Source: Chlorokybus atmophyticus
Lineage: Eukaryota; Plantae; Mesostigma and Chlorokybus algae
Length of the DNA stretch: 64,000 bases
NCBI GenBank assembly: GCA_009103225.1
Contig: RHPI01003156.1
Span: 988,159 to 1,052,158 of the forward strand
Reading direction: 5' to 3'
Below are positions 1 to 12,016 of this stretch, piece after piece. The notes beneath the pieces were generated by a model. The model did not search any database and had not been told where the DNA came from. It was given only the letters and a program-made list of their open reading frames with translations. A program made the translations under genes and the position numbers. Positions within the stretch are counted from its first letter, which is position 1; each line of letters opens with the position of its first letter.

Positions 1-1191
1 CGCCTGTGATTGCGGTGTTTCTTGCGGGCGTCATCAGTGGTACATATGCTATGCAAGCAATTGCATGCCAGATGTTGATGAAGTAAAGCTTGCTTGCCAT
101 TTCATGCGCTCACAGCTGCTCTGTACAGGTCTGATAGCCTTCTTCACTGGCTTCGCAACCTTGGCAAACATGGTACTATGGCAATGGGGCTGGCGAAGTG
201 TTTCGTTGACAATGCACATTCTGATGGGCTTGTGCACTGTTGATAGCATCACAAGTTACTGAACTATCTGTTGACCAGACCAGCATTGGGACGCTGTTCA
301 TGTACTGGATGGTTGCTCTAGCCCACATCTACAGACGCTACTGTCCTGAGCTTGGTAAATGCGATACTCAATGCAATGCAGCCAGGAATATGCACTAAAA
401 CGTCTGTCTCAGTCTATGCGCGTGCCACCTAACACACCAAAGCGCAGAATCACCGGATGCGCATGGCGACCGTCACCTGGCGCTCAAGTTCAGGTGTGCA
501 ACTCCAACATGATCAGCGTAGCGACACTGCATACCAGAAAGTGTACATGTGTCAACGTGTCTTACACTTGAGAACATACAGGCCTGACCCTTTCCGACGC
601 ATCGGCACAAGGAACAAACGCATCCTTCTTCTCGTGTACTTGGCGCTGATAACGTTGGCACCTGTGGGTACGCATGCCAGAAGGAGCACAAGTCCCTTGC
701 TGTTTAGAACCTGAATGGCTCAATACCATGTATGCAGGTTTCACAATCTTTTGGAACCTGGAGTCAGACAAGTCATGGGGGCTGATTCTGTGTGTGGGCG
801 CATGGGCTATCTTCACCCTGATGCTGCAGCTCACAATGCCAATGGAGTACATACCAAAGAAGTTCAGGTTTGACTTCTTCTCGTTGGTGTGTGCTCTCAT
901 GCTTAACAGTTGTGTGCTGTTACACAGCACATGATCTGTTCCACATGTTGTATATCAGCATCGCTAAGTTCGCTTGTTGATACCAGGGTGCCAGACTGGT
1001 TGATGCCATGGGCGCCATCGGCTTCGATATTTGCAAACATCATGCTGATCGGCGGCTTCGGCGCGAACAAGGCCGATTACTACAGGCTGTTTGTCGCGCT
1101 CGGCATCGGCCTCGCAATCTACCTTCTGTTTGGGGTGCATGCCAGCTACTACCGCTTCTACGGACCAAAGGGGACAACGGTTAACAAGTAA
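1..1191 (+). CDS. Cationic amino-acid transporter (APC/CAT family), 3' part, multi-exon
   Basis: Spliced exons read ...GLIAFFTGFATLANM|TSIGTLFMYWMVALAHIYRRY and C-terminal PWAPSASIFANIMLIG...YLLFGVHASY, typical of plant CAT proteins (AA_permease_C). Stop TAA at 1189-1191; 5' end lies outside the window. Confidence 0.8.
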
Positions 1192-2570
1192 GTTGCAAGT
1201 CCCTTGCGCCGCAACACGCCTTGACAGCAAGTGCACGAAGGCAAAGCAAAGCCACACGTGCAAGTGCCACTTGGTTGTGTCTCCTGCACGCCAATGTCTC
1301 CAAACTTGTTGTTGTTGCATACATTGACGCAGTTTTGTGTAAAGGTTTTTCCAACGTGCAGTTGATGTTGTCACAGGTTGACTGCTCCGGTCTACGATAA
1401 AGCTGACAGCTTTGAGACCAAGGGGATGGACGACGATGCTCGCCCAACCACTGCTGCGTAGTGCTCAGAGTCTACAGTCGTGTGCTAATGCTAGTATTAT
1501 TGCCATGTACATACAGTGATGAAGGCATTGTTAGACAGTCGTAGCACATTATGTTTGGTGTTTATGTAATAAGGTCCAGACTGGTTTATTCATGGGTGTA
1601 CAGCTGCGACCGGTACTGCTGTGTGAATGCACTGTCATCATTGATTTTGTTGTGATTCGATGGGAGTGCTTGCAACTGTTACGAAAACATGCGTCAATTT
1701 CATGCACAGATATCAGACCTTCACCTCATAGGCTAGGCTGGGTGACAGCTCTGTTGAAGTAAAGACCAAGGTATGGTCTGCATCAGCACGCAACCGGCGT
1801 ACAGAGAGCCAAAATGGTTCAGGGATGGTCAGCTGTGTCTGAACAGTGCCTGAAGTGTGTAAAGCTCCACGCCTGCATATGGAAAATAGAGGGGCCCCCA
1901 ATCAACATACAGACTGCATACACGTCATCAACAACAACAAGCCATACAACAGCTACAACTAGGGGGCCTGGTCTAAGTGCAAGTGCTGGAACGACTGGCA
2001 GGCAGGCAGGCAGGCAAGGACCGATGAGAAGGAAGGGTTGTACGTGCAATGGAGCAGTCACAGGTACAAATTCAAGAGTGCAAGATGCGTGCATGTGCAA
2101 GCGCAGGAGTCCACACAAAGTCATTCGCAAAGGCAGAAGCAAGACCCTAAGACATCCAGGGGCTCAGCGCTGTTAGATAGACCTCAGCTAGGTAGACCCT
2201 AAGCTAGACCACAACCAATGGACATGGCATGAGAAACGCGGGCAGAAAGGGCAGGGCAGAGCAATGAAGGTGTGTAACTCTTTTATTTTGTGCAGGCACA
2301 CTGCGGAAAGCTGCAGCTGTCACGGACAGGTTAAGACATCGCATCTTAGTCGCGCACACTATCCCAGCAATTTCTTGTTGTCAGCTTTTGCGCCAAGACG
2401 GCAGGGGTGCAACACGTCTGGTTGGCATCAGTTGTCAAAGAACACTACCAACAATTCGCCTTGCTACAACAGTAACTTTTCCAACAACGAACCTGAAAGT
2501 CAATGACAATGAATGGAATCTAAATGTTGCAGTCAACAGGGCCGAGGTAGTTACTGTGGTAACCCCATCG

Positions 2571-5500
2571 TCACACCTCTTGTAGTAAGTCAGCGCTAAG
2601 GGACGCCAGGTACTGCAACTGTTCAAGCACCTCATCTGAGGTACCAGCAACACTGACGTTGGGCTGCATACCATCAAGAATATCTACATCTGCCAGCTGA
2701 TGCCGCAAATGTCGGTTCGCTTGCTCTTCCATTAGCTCAACCCTGTCTGTGGCATGGAAGCCATCATCAGGAGCAGATGCGTAGTCTGCCACAACCCCTC
2801 TGGCAGGATGGGTCTGTGTGCGTCCAAATGGTGCACTGCTGGGCATCGCGGTGCGCAAGGCCTCTGTCATCACCGACTTATTCGCTGTTTGTTTTCCTGT
2901 GAAAGCCACCTGCGTCCCGGCGTGTCTAACCTTCGCGTTGGGGCTTGCCTTATGATCATGGGTTGAAGCGTTGGCAGGTGTGCTCTACGCAGTATGTCTG
3001 TGAGCCGCAAGCACTTTGCAAATATCAAAGTTGTCATGATGAAATATACGGTACCTGCTGTGTGCGAGACTCGGCTTGGCGAACAGCAGCCATCAACGTG
3101 CTACGCTCTCGTCGCAATGCCAGCAGCTGCTTTTCCAAAGTAGCAATCTTGTTCTCCACCAACCTGCACAAATCAGCCATCACTACAATGCTGCTTGCTT
3201 CTGCAAAGGACTGTTGCCAATCAAGCAGTGCTGCAACACATCCACGTGATACCATACCTATACTTTGCTTGTTCTGCCTCAGTCCGGCGGAGCTGATCCT
3301 TGTTGGCTGCGCTTTCCATGCGTTGGATGGCCAACAGAACCCTCGCGTTCTCCCGAGTCGTATTGTCAAGTTCACGACGCAGAAGCTCTACAACCTGTGT
3401 ACATATATGCATGTAGGACACCATATGCACTTGTTCTGCACACACGTGGTGGTAAGGACACATGGAAGCCGAGGTTGGTCCACACCTTGCTGTGTTCTTG
3501 CTGCTGTTCCTGCATCTGCTGCTTGAACGACAGCTCGGTCGCGCGCACTGCCGCTGCCTCGCTGCGTCGCGCCGCCTCCGCCGTGGCAGTAGAGTGTCTC
3601 TGTACCCAACCAATTAGTCATTGTCGAACACCACCATCACCACCACACCACGAACAACAACAACATGAACAGCAGCCTCCAACATCACACGCAATGCAGG
3701 AAATGAAAAACCCGGCCAACCTGGAGCTGCTGCAACTCGCTGATGGTGTGTGCCAACGCCTTCTCGGACTTCTTCAACTCTTCCTGTCGCAAGTCATCGA
3801 AGATAACGCATGAGGGTCTGTTGCGTAATGAACATTACTACTACTGACACGTTCCCCACACGCTCAATGCAATAGCCAAAGACCTGAAGACGTTGTGTCT
3901 CTGCCTCAGCAGCTTCAGTGGCAGTTGCCTGCTCACGCAGCTGCTGTTCCAGAGACTCGATGTGTCGCTTCTGTTGCTGCAGTTGACTGGTATCTGCTCA
4001 GCACGCAAACAATTTCAAGACAACAAGCTCACACACAGCAGGACAGTCTACGCCCGACAGACTGCATGCAAAAGGGAGACATCATTCAACTCCACCTGTG
4101 AGTGCTTGTAGCCGACGCACCAATGCGGCGCGCTCGTCAGCTAGCTGGCGTGCCTCTTGCTCCCACACACTCGCCGAAGCCTAGTGCAAAGCGAGTTGGC
4201 GGCGATGCGAGCCCCAAGCATGCACTGTGCGCATAACTTACTGGCAGGGTATAATGCTATGGTTACACACCTGCGGTACATATGCTGCAGAACCTGGCGT
4301 ATCTGCTGATTCAGCCTTGGTATAATGAAATCCCAACGCAACAATCTGCATCTTGTCTTGCACACCTGCAGTCGTATGAATGTTAACAATCATCTTGTTG
4401 TGTCACTAAAACAACAAGGATAAGTGATTATGTACTTGCCGTGATGGTGCGCACGCGGTGTGCTTGCATTGCGAAGGCTCCGACCACGCTTCATCAGTAT
4501 GAGGTCTCGTGCCGCAAGAACTCTTCCTTTGCCAAACTGCAACCGTTGCGTAAACTCTGACATCCTGCGAAGCAGCACGACCACAACCACATGTACCCTG
4601 GCCCTTCACCAAACTTACTGAACATAGTTATCTGCTTACATGATCAAGCAGCGCTACCGAGATGCCAATGTGTAGTGTGTGTATAATGAGGTATGTACCT
4701 TGTGACAGCAGCATTCATAGGTGCTTCCAGCCCCGCCACCCAATCGCTAAATAGCGAAAGGGCATTCTTGCAAGCTGCTTGCTGGGTAACCCAATTTGCT
4801 TGCAGCTGCCGCAGTTGCTTCCGCATGCCATCGCGTTCATCTAACGCTGTTGTGGACAGCCTAGCAAAGTAACTCACGGGTTTCAGCATAAGTAACTCAG
4901 CAGGGGACGAGATGCAAACAATTTCCTTTGATGGTGTTGCGTCACATAACCAACATGTGGATTTATAGCAGTGTTCACAGTTGGTTGGCAGCACTACCTG
5001 TGATTGATTCGCTCAGCATCCAACTCAGCCTTGAGAGCCGCAGTCCGCTGCTCGGACACCTGTCAGAAGCGTTTCCAATCAGTCTGGGATACAGCCATGT
5101 AGTTGCAATGTGAGAGCTCAAGAACCTGACAGCAACGTGTGCACGAATGTACCTGAAGTGCCCTTGCCAAAGCGGTTGCTTCAGCGCGAAGTTGCGTGAC
5201 GGCGTCTTGATGCTGTTGATCGCGCTGCTTTGCAGCAAGCTGGCTCTTACGCTGCACTAGTAGCAGCTCAAACACCTGCCGAGCACCCGCAAATGTGCCA
5301 TGACAGGGTGTTTTCGCACTCATGCCTTCAATGTGTTACCAAAGTACACAAACTGTATGCAGTCGAAATCATGTCGCATGGTACACGTTGCTATGTTTAA
5401 GTAGTAAAAATATGCAAAGGACCCCAGCATTCCAAACACTAAGCTACCTGTTTGCGCCAGCGTGTGAGCAGCAGCTCCTCGCTTGGTGATGTACCTTGAG

Positions 5501-8190
5501 CATCCCCTGTCTGAATGACATGCCAGTCAGCGGCGTGACACATCCAGCATACGCAACCAACCTGTTCACAAACGTACTGATGGGATCCTCTTGGTGGCTA
5601 GAGTCTCATCCTGAATGGCGAGGATACGCTGGAGGGCCTCAAGTTGCGTCTGCACACAAGTAAAACTCAACTCGCACAACAGTGCATACAAAAGTTTCAC
5701 GATTGCTACACGCATCTCCAGAAGCTGCACGACTGCATCGATGTGAAGCAAACACGTTGACGGACTTGTTACCTTCATAAGAGCCATTTGCTCTTTCAGT
5801 GCTGTGCTCTGTTCCGCGGTTGCATGCAGCTGATATTCTGCTGCTATTGTCTGGCTTGAGGACTCCCGCACACTTCTTCTCAACATGTTCTGCCAGTACA
5901 AGCAAGACAGTTTCAACATTCGACCCAGCATGCTTTGATGCACCATCTGTATTATTTAAAATAAACACTCCTGGTTTCCGCACTGCATTGATGCTGCCTA
6001 CCTGATGACCAGCGAGATCAGCCTGGCATGTTTGAAGGGCCTGATGCAGCTGTGCGTTCAACTTCTGAAGCCTGCAAGCCTGAACCAACTTGATATGATG
6101 GACCAGTAAGCCTGTGCCAGCTGGCAAACTCAGCAGGTTCGTATTCCTAATGCACTCAGTACCATTCGTGCTCTTCCTGCCGCTGCTGAAGCTGCTGACG
6201 CAGTTGCAAGCAGCTGGACTCGGCTGCGGCAAGTTGCGTGCAAAGCCGCGCAGAGCGATGACGTTCGCGCTCCAGCTCTGTGCAGGAAGAGTTGTGAGCA
6301 CAACACAGCAGTGTTCGCATCCAGGATGAAGCCGACCACACCACAAACCATGTCGCAAACAAGTGTGTGACAGAAGGCCCGTCGCTGGTTTCACATGATG
6401 CTTACCAGCCAAGCAGCTGTCGCCTGTACTGCTGCTCTGTGCTGATTCATCCTGTACATCACCGTACCTGCAAGGTTTCACATGCACTGCTGAGCGCAAA
6501 GTCATGTAGTAGCCAACACCATATCGAGGAATTGAAGATTGAGTGGTAGTGTTGGCAAGATGCGGGTGCTCACCTTCTCTGGTGTGGTGGACTAAAGGTG
6601 CCATCGCTTGATACAAATGTGGAAAGAGATGTGGCCTCAAATGAGTCGCGCACGACTGTGGCTTCAGCAGAATTGCATGCTGGTGTACTCCCTATCAGCC
6701 TCTCTGGTTGAAGCGTTGAAGGCACATGCAGTTCTGGCACCGCCCTGCCCTGCAGTGTGTCCACAGTAACACTCTGAACTGTTGGTGGCTGCACACGTGC
6801 AACCATGTCATCAGCTTCTCCTCTCTGCTGCAGCTGATCAACCGAGTGCCCCAAGTCATCCTTGTCATGCTTGTCATTGGAGTTTGCCACAGCACTCGAT
6901 GGCTGGCTTGTAGCGTATATCGATCCTGATGCCGACAAACTGGTGCCACTGGTGCTGCTGCTGCTGCTGCTGGTGATGGACAGCGAGTCCACTTCATGCT
7001 TTCCGCTGCTAAAACTGTATGCAGCCGAAGATGACGCAAGGTTGTCTTCATCTGCGTGTGCTTCAAACCTCCCTGGTGTTGATGCGGTAGCGTCTGTGCC
7101 ATCCGCAGCAATGTGCGTAGAAACTGTTGAAAGCGGGCTGCTGCACAGCACAAAGCGGCTTGAGCGCTAGCAAAGTTTTGCTTCAACTGGACAGTTGAGA
7201 CAACAGTAGTAGTCCGCACCTGAGGCCCTCCATGTTGGCTGGAACAGCGGATGCAAGCCATGCACAGCTTCTCAGTAGCTGTCCGACAACGCTTTCAGCA
7301 TACTACTTCAGTATGAAAGAGGACAGGAGGGTTGCCTCCAATGCTCTGCTGTGCACGAAGCTCCAGCAGATTTCTCAAGCATCCACGCGCAGGCACATAC
7401 CTAGCAAGAAGGCGACGCTCATTCAACAGGTCAACCTAGCAGTCGGACCGTTCATTGCTGGCGAGTGTGCACACAGCACCACAACCGTTGCTATAATGCG
7501 TGAATGTGCAATCAGCATGCTCAATGCCTTCTGCAAGCTGCATTCACTACTGCATGCCATAAGCACAGTGCTAGTGCTCTGCATGGTCTCAATACATATA
7601 TGCGCCTTTCCTTTGAAATCACACCCATGCTATACTTCTTGCTTTGATTTTGTTTTGGTCAGCTTGAACGGTGCGCCTTACCCTCTTCACAGGTCTGTAC
7701 GTAGGTTGTAAGCCAAACTTCACCATTGCAGCTGCCCAAAGCCGCAAGCTGTTAACGGGCTTACATCAACGCATCAAGCAGCATGATGCCAACTAGCAAA
7801 TCTAAGCAGCAAGATTCTGTGCTTACACCATTGCAGAAGTCAGGCTGGACAGCATGACTGCTGCAAGCATGCACCTTTGCATGTCAAACAGCTTCCACCA
7901 GGCCGTGAAAGCAAGCTACACGTGAAGCTGATTCAAACACGCCACAGCGCAGGTGTAGCACAGTCAAGCGCAAGAGAGAGCCCAAATCAGTGTGCTTGTG
8001 CACTCACTGCGTTTAGTTCAAATGTCCCATGGGCACCAGGGCGCTGATGTTCAGCCCACAATGGCAGCCCTACTGGCGCCCTTACATCCAGACGCTCAAC
8101 CAGGCATGCTCCTCGTGTGCCTAGCGCGGCCATTGGCCTGGTCAGGCCGCCCAGACCGCGCCAATCTTCATGGCGCGGCGCTTCATGCAA
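2571..8190 (-). CDS. Long coiled-coil protein, CCHCR1 (HCR)-like; both ends uncertain
   Basis: Many minus-strand heptad-rich exons with GT-AG boundaries. Splicing 5448->5275 gives LLTRWRKQ|VFELLLVQRKSQ, and ~5590-5650 gives QLEALQRILAIQDETLATK. Both resemble, from recall, the CCHCR1 motifs LLxRWREKVFALMVQLKAQ and VQSLTHILALQEEELTRK. Confidence 0.6.
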
Positions 8191-8262
8191 GAAGTTCAGA
8201 TCCCCTACTTTGAATCAGCTGGTCAGTCCGCAAGTGTTGTTCAGTGCACTACTGGTTGAAGC

Positions 8263-10492
8263 ATGGCGGCGGCGGTGGCGACGACGGCGGTGGCGGCGTC
8301 TTCGGCGTCGTCCTGCTGCAGGGCGAGCGCACAGAGGCAAAGGCCGCAGCGTGCGCTGGCTGCCAGTGCGTCTTCGTTCGGCGGAAAGAGCCTGCCCATG
8401 GCGGCGTCGGTGGACTTGCCGCAGCAGAGCACCAGGCGTGCCGCCTCATGCGCTGTGGCTGCTGACGCTGCCGCCCCGACTGCTGAGCCTCTTCAGCGGC
8501 CTGACAGGTACATATTGACATGACTGATTGGCCGAAACCCTTGCCTTACATTTGCCAGTTGTCCACTTTTAGAGGCAGCAGCTGCCGTATGCGTGTAGTT
8601 TGCTTTGCTGCTGAAGCATGGATGGATCTGTATATGCCGTTGCATACAACATCAGCGCTGATATCATGTATGTATGTGCGTGCTTAACTGGGCTGCAGCA
8701 ATGGTCGTTATGGTCCGTATGGTGGCAAGTATGTTCCAGAGACGCTCATCTTTGCCTTGACGGAGCTGGAGGGCGTGTATGCCAAGGCCAAGGACGAGCC
8801 TGAGTTCCAGAAAGAGTTGGCTGATATATTGAGAGACTATGTCGGCCGAGAGTCGCCGCTGTATTATTGCGACCGTCTGTCGAAACACTACCAGAGATCA
8901 GATGGAACAGGCCCCCTAATCTACCTGAAGCGCGAAGACTTGAATCACACTGGTGCACATAAGATCAATAATGCTTTAGGCCAGGTTGGTGATCTCATCA
9001 TTCAGCCATTTGCTTGCAGCATGTTAATTATTCAAGCAAGCATTTCTGTCTGTATTGAGTCAAATATTGGACTCAGTACTTACAATTATTACAACAGGTG
9101 CTGCTTGCTGTGCGCATGGGCAAGCAAAGGATTATTGCAGAAACAGGTGCAGGGCAACACGGGGTTGCCACTGCTACTGTCTGTGCCAAGTTTGGGCTGC
9201 AATGCATCATCTACATGGGCGCGCAGGTACATACGGTTGTCAGCTGTCAGTTGGCTTGTTGGTAATGTGCATTATGTCTTGATGCATGTACTGTGCTTCA
9301 AACGTTGCTTGCATCACACAGGGTGCATGGCTATCAGCCTGGTGAGCTTCACAGGGTACTTGTCATCGGCTCACCTCAGTTTGGCACAGGATATGGAGCG
9401 ACAGTCGTTGAATGTGTTCCGCATGCGACTATTAGGCGCAGAGGTGCGACCAGTTCATTCAGGGACGGCCACACTCAAGGACGCCACATCTGAGGCTATC
9501 AGGGACTGGGTCACAAACGTAGAGACCACACATTACATTCTTGGATCTGCTGCTGGACCACACCCGTACCCCATGATGGTAAACTACCACAACAGCTTGC
9601 ATTGCAGGAACCATTGCATGCACCCAACTCACATAGCACATATGTCCTCCCATACACAGCTCCAGGATTCACTTACAGTCCCCTTGGCATTTGGCAATCT
9701 AGCATATTGACTCGTGCGTTCATACAATCAATATTGGTGCAGGTGAGGGATTTCCAGGCTATAATCGGAAAGGAGCTGCGAGAGCAGTGCAAGAGGCAGT
9801 GGGGTGGGTTGCCTGATGTCCTGGTTGCCTGTATCGGCGGGGGCTCCAACGCCATAGGCTTCTTCCATGAGTTTGTTGATGACAAGTCGGTGCGATTGAT
9901 TGGTGTTGAGGCTGCCGGCTACGGACTGGACTCTGGCAAGCATGCAGCGACACTGACTCAGGGCACCCCCGGTGTGCTGCATGGCGCCATGAGCTACCTA
10001 CTGCAAGATGATGATGGCCAGGTTGATGAACACCGTGTGCACTGCTCTCGTAGTTGCAGTCATGAAGCAGCGGTAGCTCTGACTCTCTAATTTGCAGGTT
10101 GTGGAGCCACACTCAATCAGTGCAGGTCTGGATTATCCAGGTGTGGGTCCAGAGCACAGCTTCTTGAAGGACATCAAGCGCGCAGAGTACTACAGCGTAA
10201 CAGACGAGCAGGCTCTTGAGGTAAGGGATGTTGACCAGACTGACTTGCACATGCTTGGCTGTATCAAGTGCAGTTTCTGGAAGCTCCACTGATGCGCAAT
10301 TGCGTTGCTCTTTAGGGTTTTCAACTGCTGACCAAGAAGGAGGGGATTATTCCTGCACTGGAGACATCCCACGCCATCTCTTACCTGGACTCGCTTTGTC
10401 CTACGCTTGCTGATGGTACTCGAGTCGTTGTAAACTGCAGTGGGAGGGGTGACAAGGACATCAACACTGTGCTCAAGCACCTTGATGTCTAG
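8263..10492 (+). CDS. trpB: Tryptophan synthase beta chain, plastid-targeted, 7 exons
   Basis: Ala/Ser-rich transit peptide, then [26 protein letters not shown] (PLP lysine), [55 protein letters not shown]. All introns GT-AG; stop TAG at 10490-10492. Confidence 0.97.
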
Positions 10493-12016
10493 GCGGCGCA
10501 GGTTTTTGGGGGTAGGAGTTGTGATGGTAGACATATGTCCTTTTAGCAAACTTGGATTACACAGTGATTGATGGGTGCATGTTTAAGCCATATGCAATGC
10601 AGTAGTGCTGATTGTGTCGCAATTTGCTTAGTTTGTTTTGTGTGGAAGTGTGATCTTCCAACATGCTTCTGAGATGGTGTCGTAGCCCTGTTAAGTTAGA
10701 GTGTATGCACTCATAGTTGCAAGGCCAGATGACATACCACCTCATTTTTCTTATAGGTAAGTAGTACACGTGTTATAACGTGCGCGGCATTAATGTATGT
10801 GGCTATACCAACCTCTGGTGGTGGTGAGCATCATGGTCATTATGTGGTCGGTTATTTCAACGATTTCGTGCTAACCTGGCATTGCGTGTGTGATCTGAAT
10901 TGATATCGTGACATATTCACATCTTGTAACTATTGTGGAAGGTGTATATATGAATTAGACGTAAACACAGTTGATCTGTTGCTTATATGCGTGATGCAAA
11001 TATAGCCATCAAATCAGTGACAATGTGAACAATATTGCGCAATCTACAACATTGTTTTCACCCAAATAAATGCAGCAATGTAATTGTCGTAAGCGAAAAA
11101 TAACAATCTGGTTAACCTCACGCGCGAAACAATATAAGACATGGTTACATTACGGAGTTGAGGATATGCCAAGACGGATTTGCCAAACCGCCATTTGTAA
11201 ACACACCATTCAATAGCTTTGTATCAGTTATATACACAAACTATTCATTGGAAACGTTCGGCCTGCTTCATGATATGCAACATTGCAACTGTGTTATATC
11301 TTATTTACAAGTAAGGTAAGTAGCACAACTATAAAGCGCTGCCAGTGTCAATGTCGCGTGTTTTTATTAAAGATGCACCGTAATCACACCGACTCTTTGG
11401 CGTATGATGATACATAGCACACGACTCATTTTGATTTACATAATGATATAATATAATCATAATTGATCATAATAGTAACCTTTTCGCTTTATTTGATATA
11501 TAACAAAATTTAAGTTATAACATGTTGGATTGTTAGTGTTTCGGTATTGCGCACACCTCGCGCATGATGCGGCAAGCAATCGCACTCGATGATGTATGCA
11601 TGTTAATGCTGTTGAGATCATTAAGAAAGAATCTTATAATTGTACATACCGGCATGCCCCGCCAGTGTTCGACATAGATTGATACAATATTGAAGGTATA
11701 TATATTACCGAAGAATTATGGGCCATGATGCAGGTTCCGTAAAACAATAGGCTACCGGTACCTACCGCATAATACTGGTAGTGGGTTATCAGTTATGAAC
11801 ATGATAACTTTGGGTTAGCCAAGTTGCGGCGTTGTGATCGCAAGTTCACTTATGTCCAAAGTCCATACCACTTGGCAAGCTGTGTCACCGCCGCCGCCGC
11901 CGTCGTCGCCACCACCACAGCCACTATCATCTCCTCCCCGGTGTGGCTGCGGGCAGTGGTGTGTCGTCTGGCGCTGAGCGCGCAGGGAGGTGAGCGGCGA
12001 AGTTAGCGGCGGCGAC

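Noticed and set aside
1713-1850. Exon-like minus-strand segment GTVQTQLTIPEPFW...YEVKV*
   Set aside because: Could be the true last exon of the coiled-coil gene, but I could not link it by consistent splicing and recognised no motif.
11824-12006. Presequence-like reading frame and GTGAG donor-like site upstream of LysRS (possible dual-targeting exon)
   Set aside because: No in-frame ATG before the upstream stop, and the phase-1 donor is incompatible with the phase-2 exon 2 acceptor. More likely 5' UTR.
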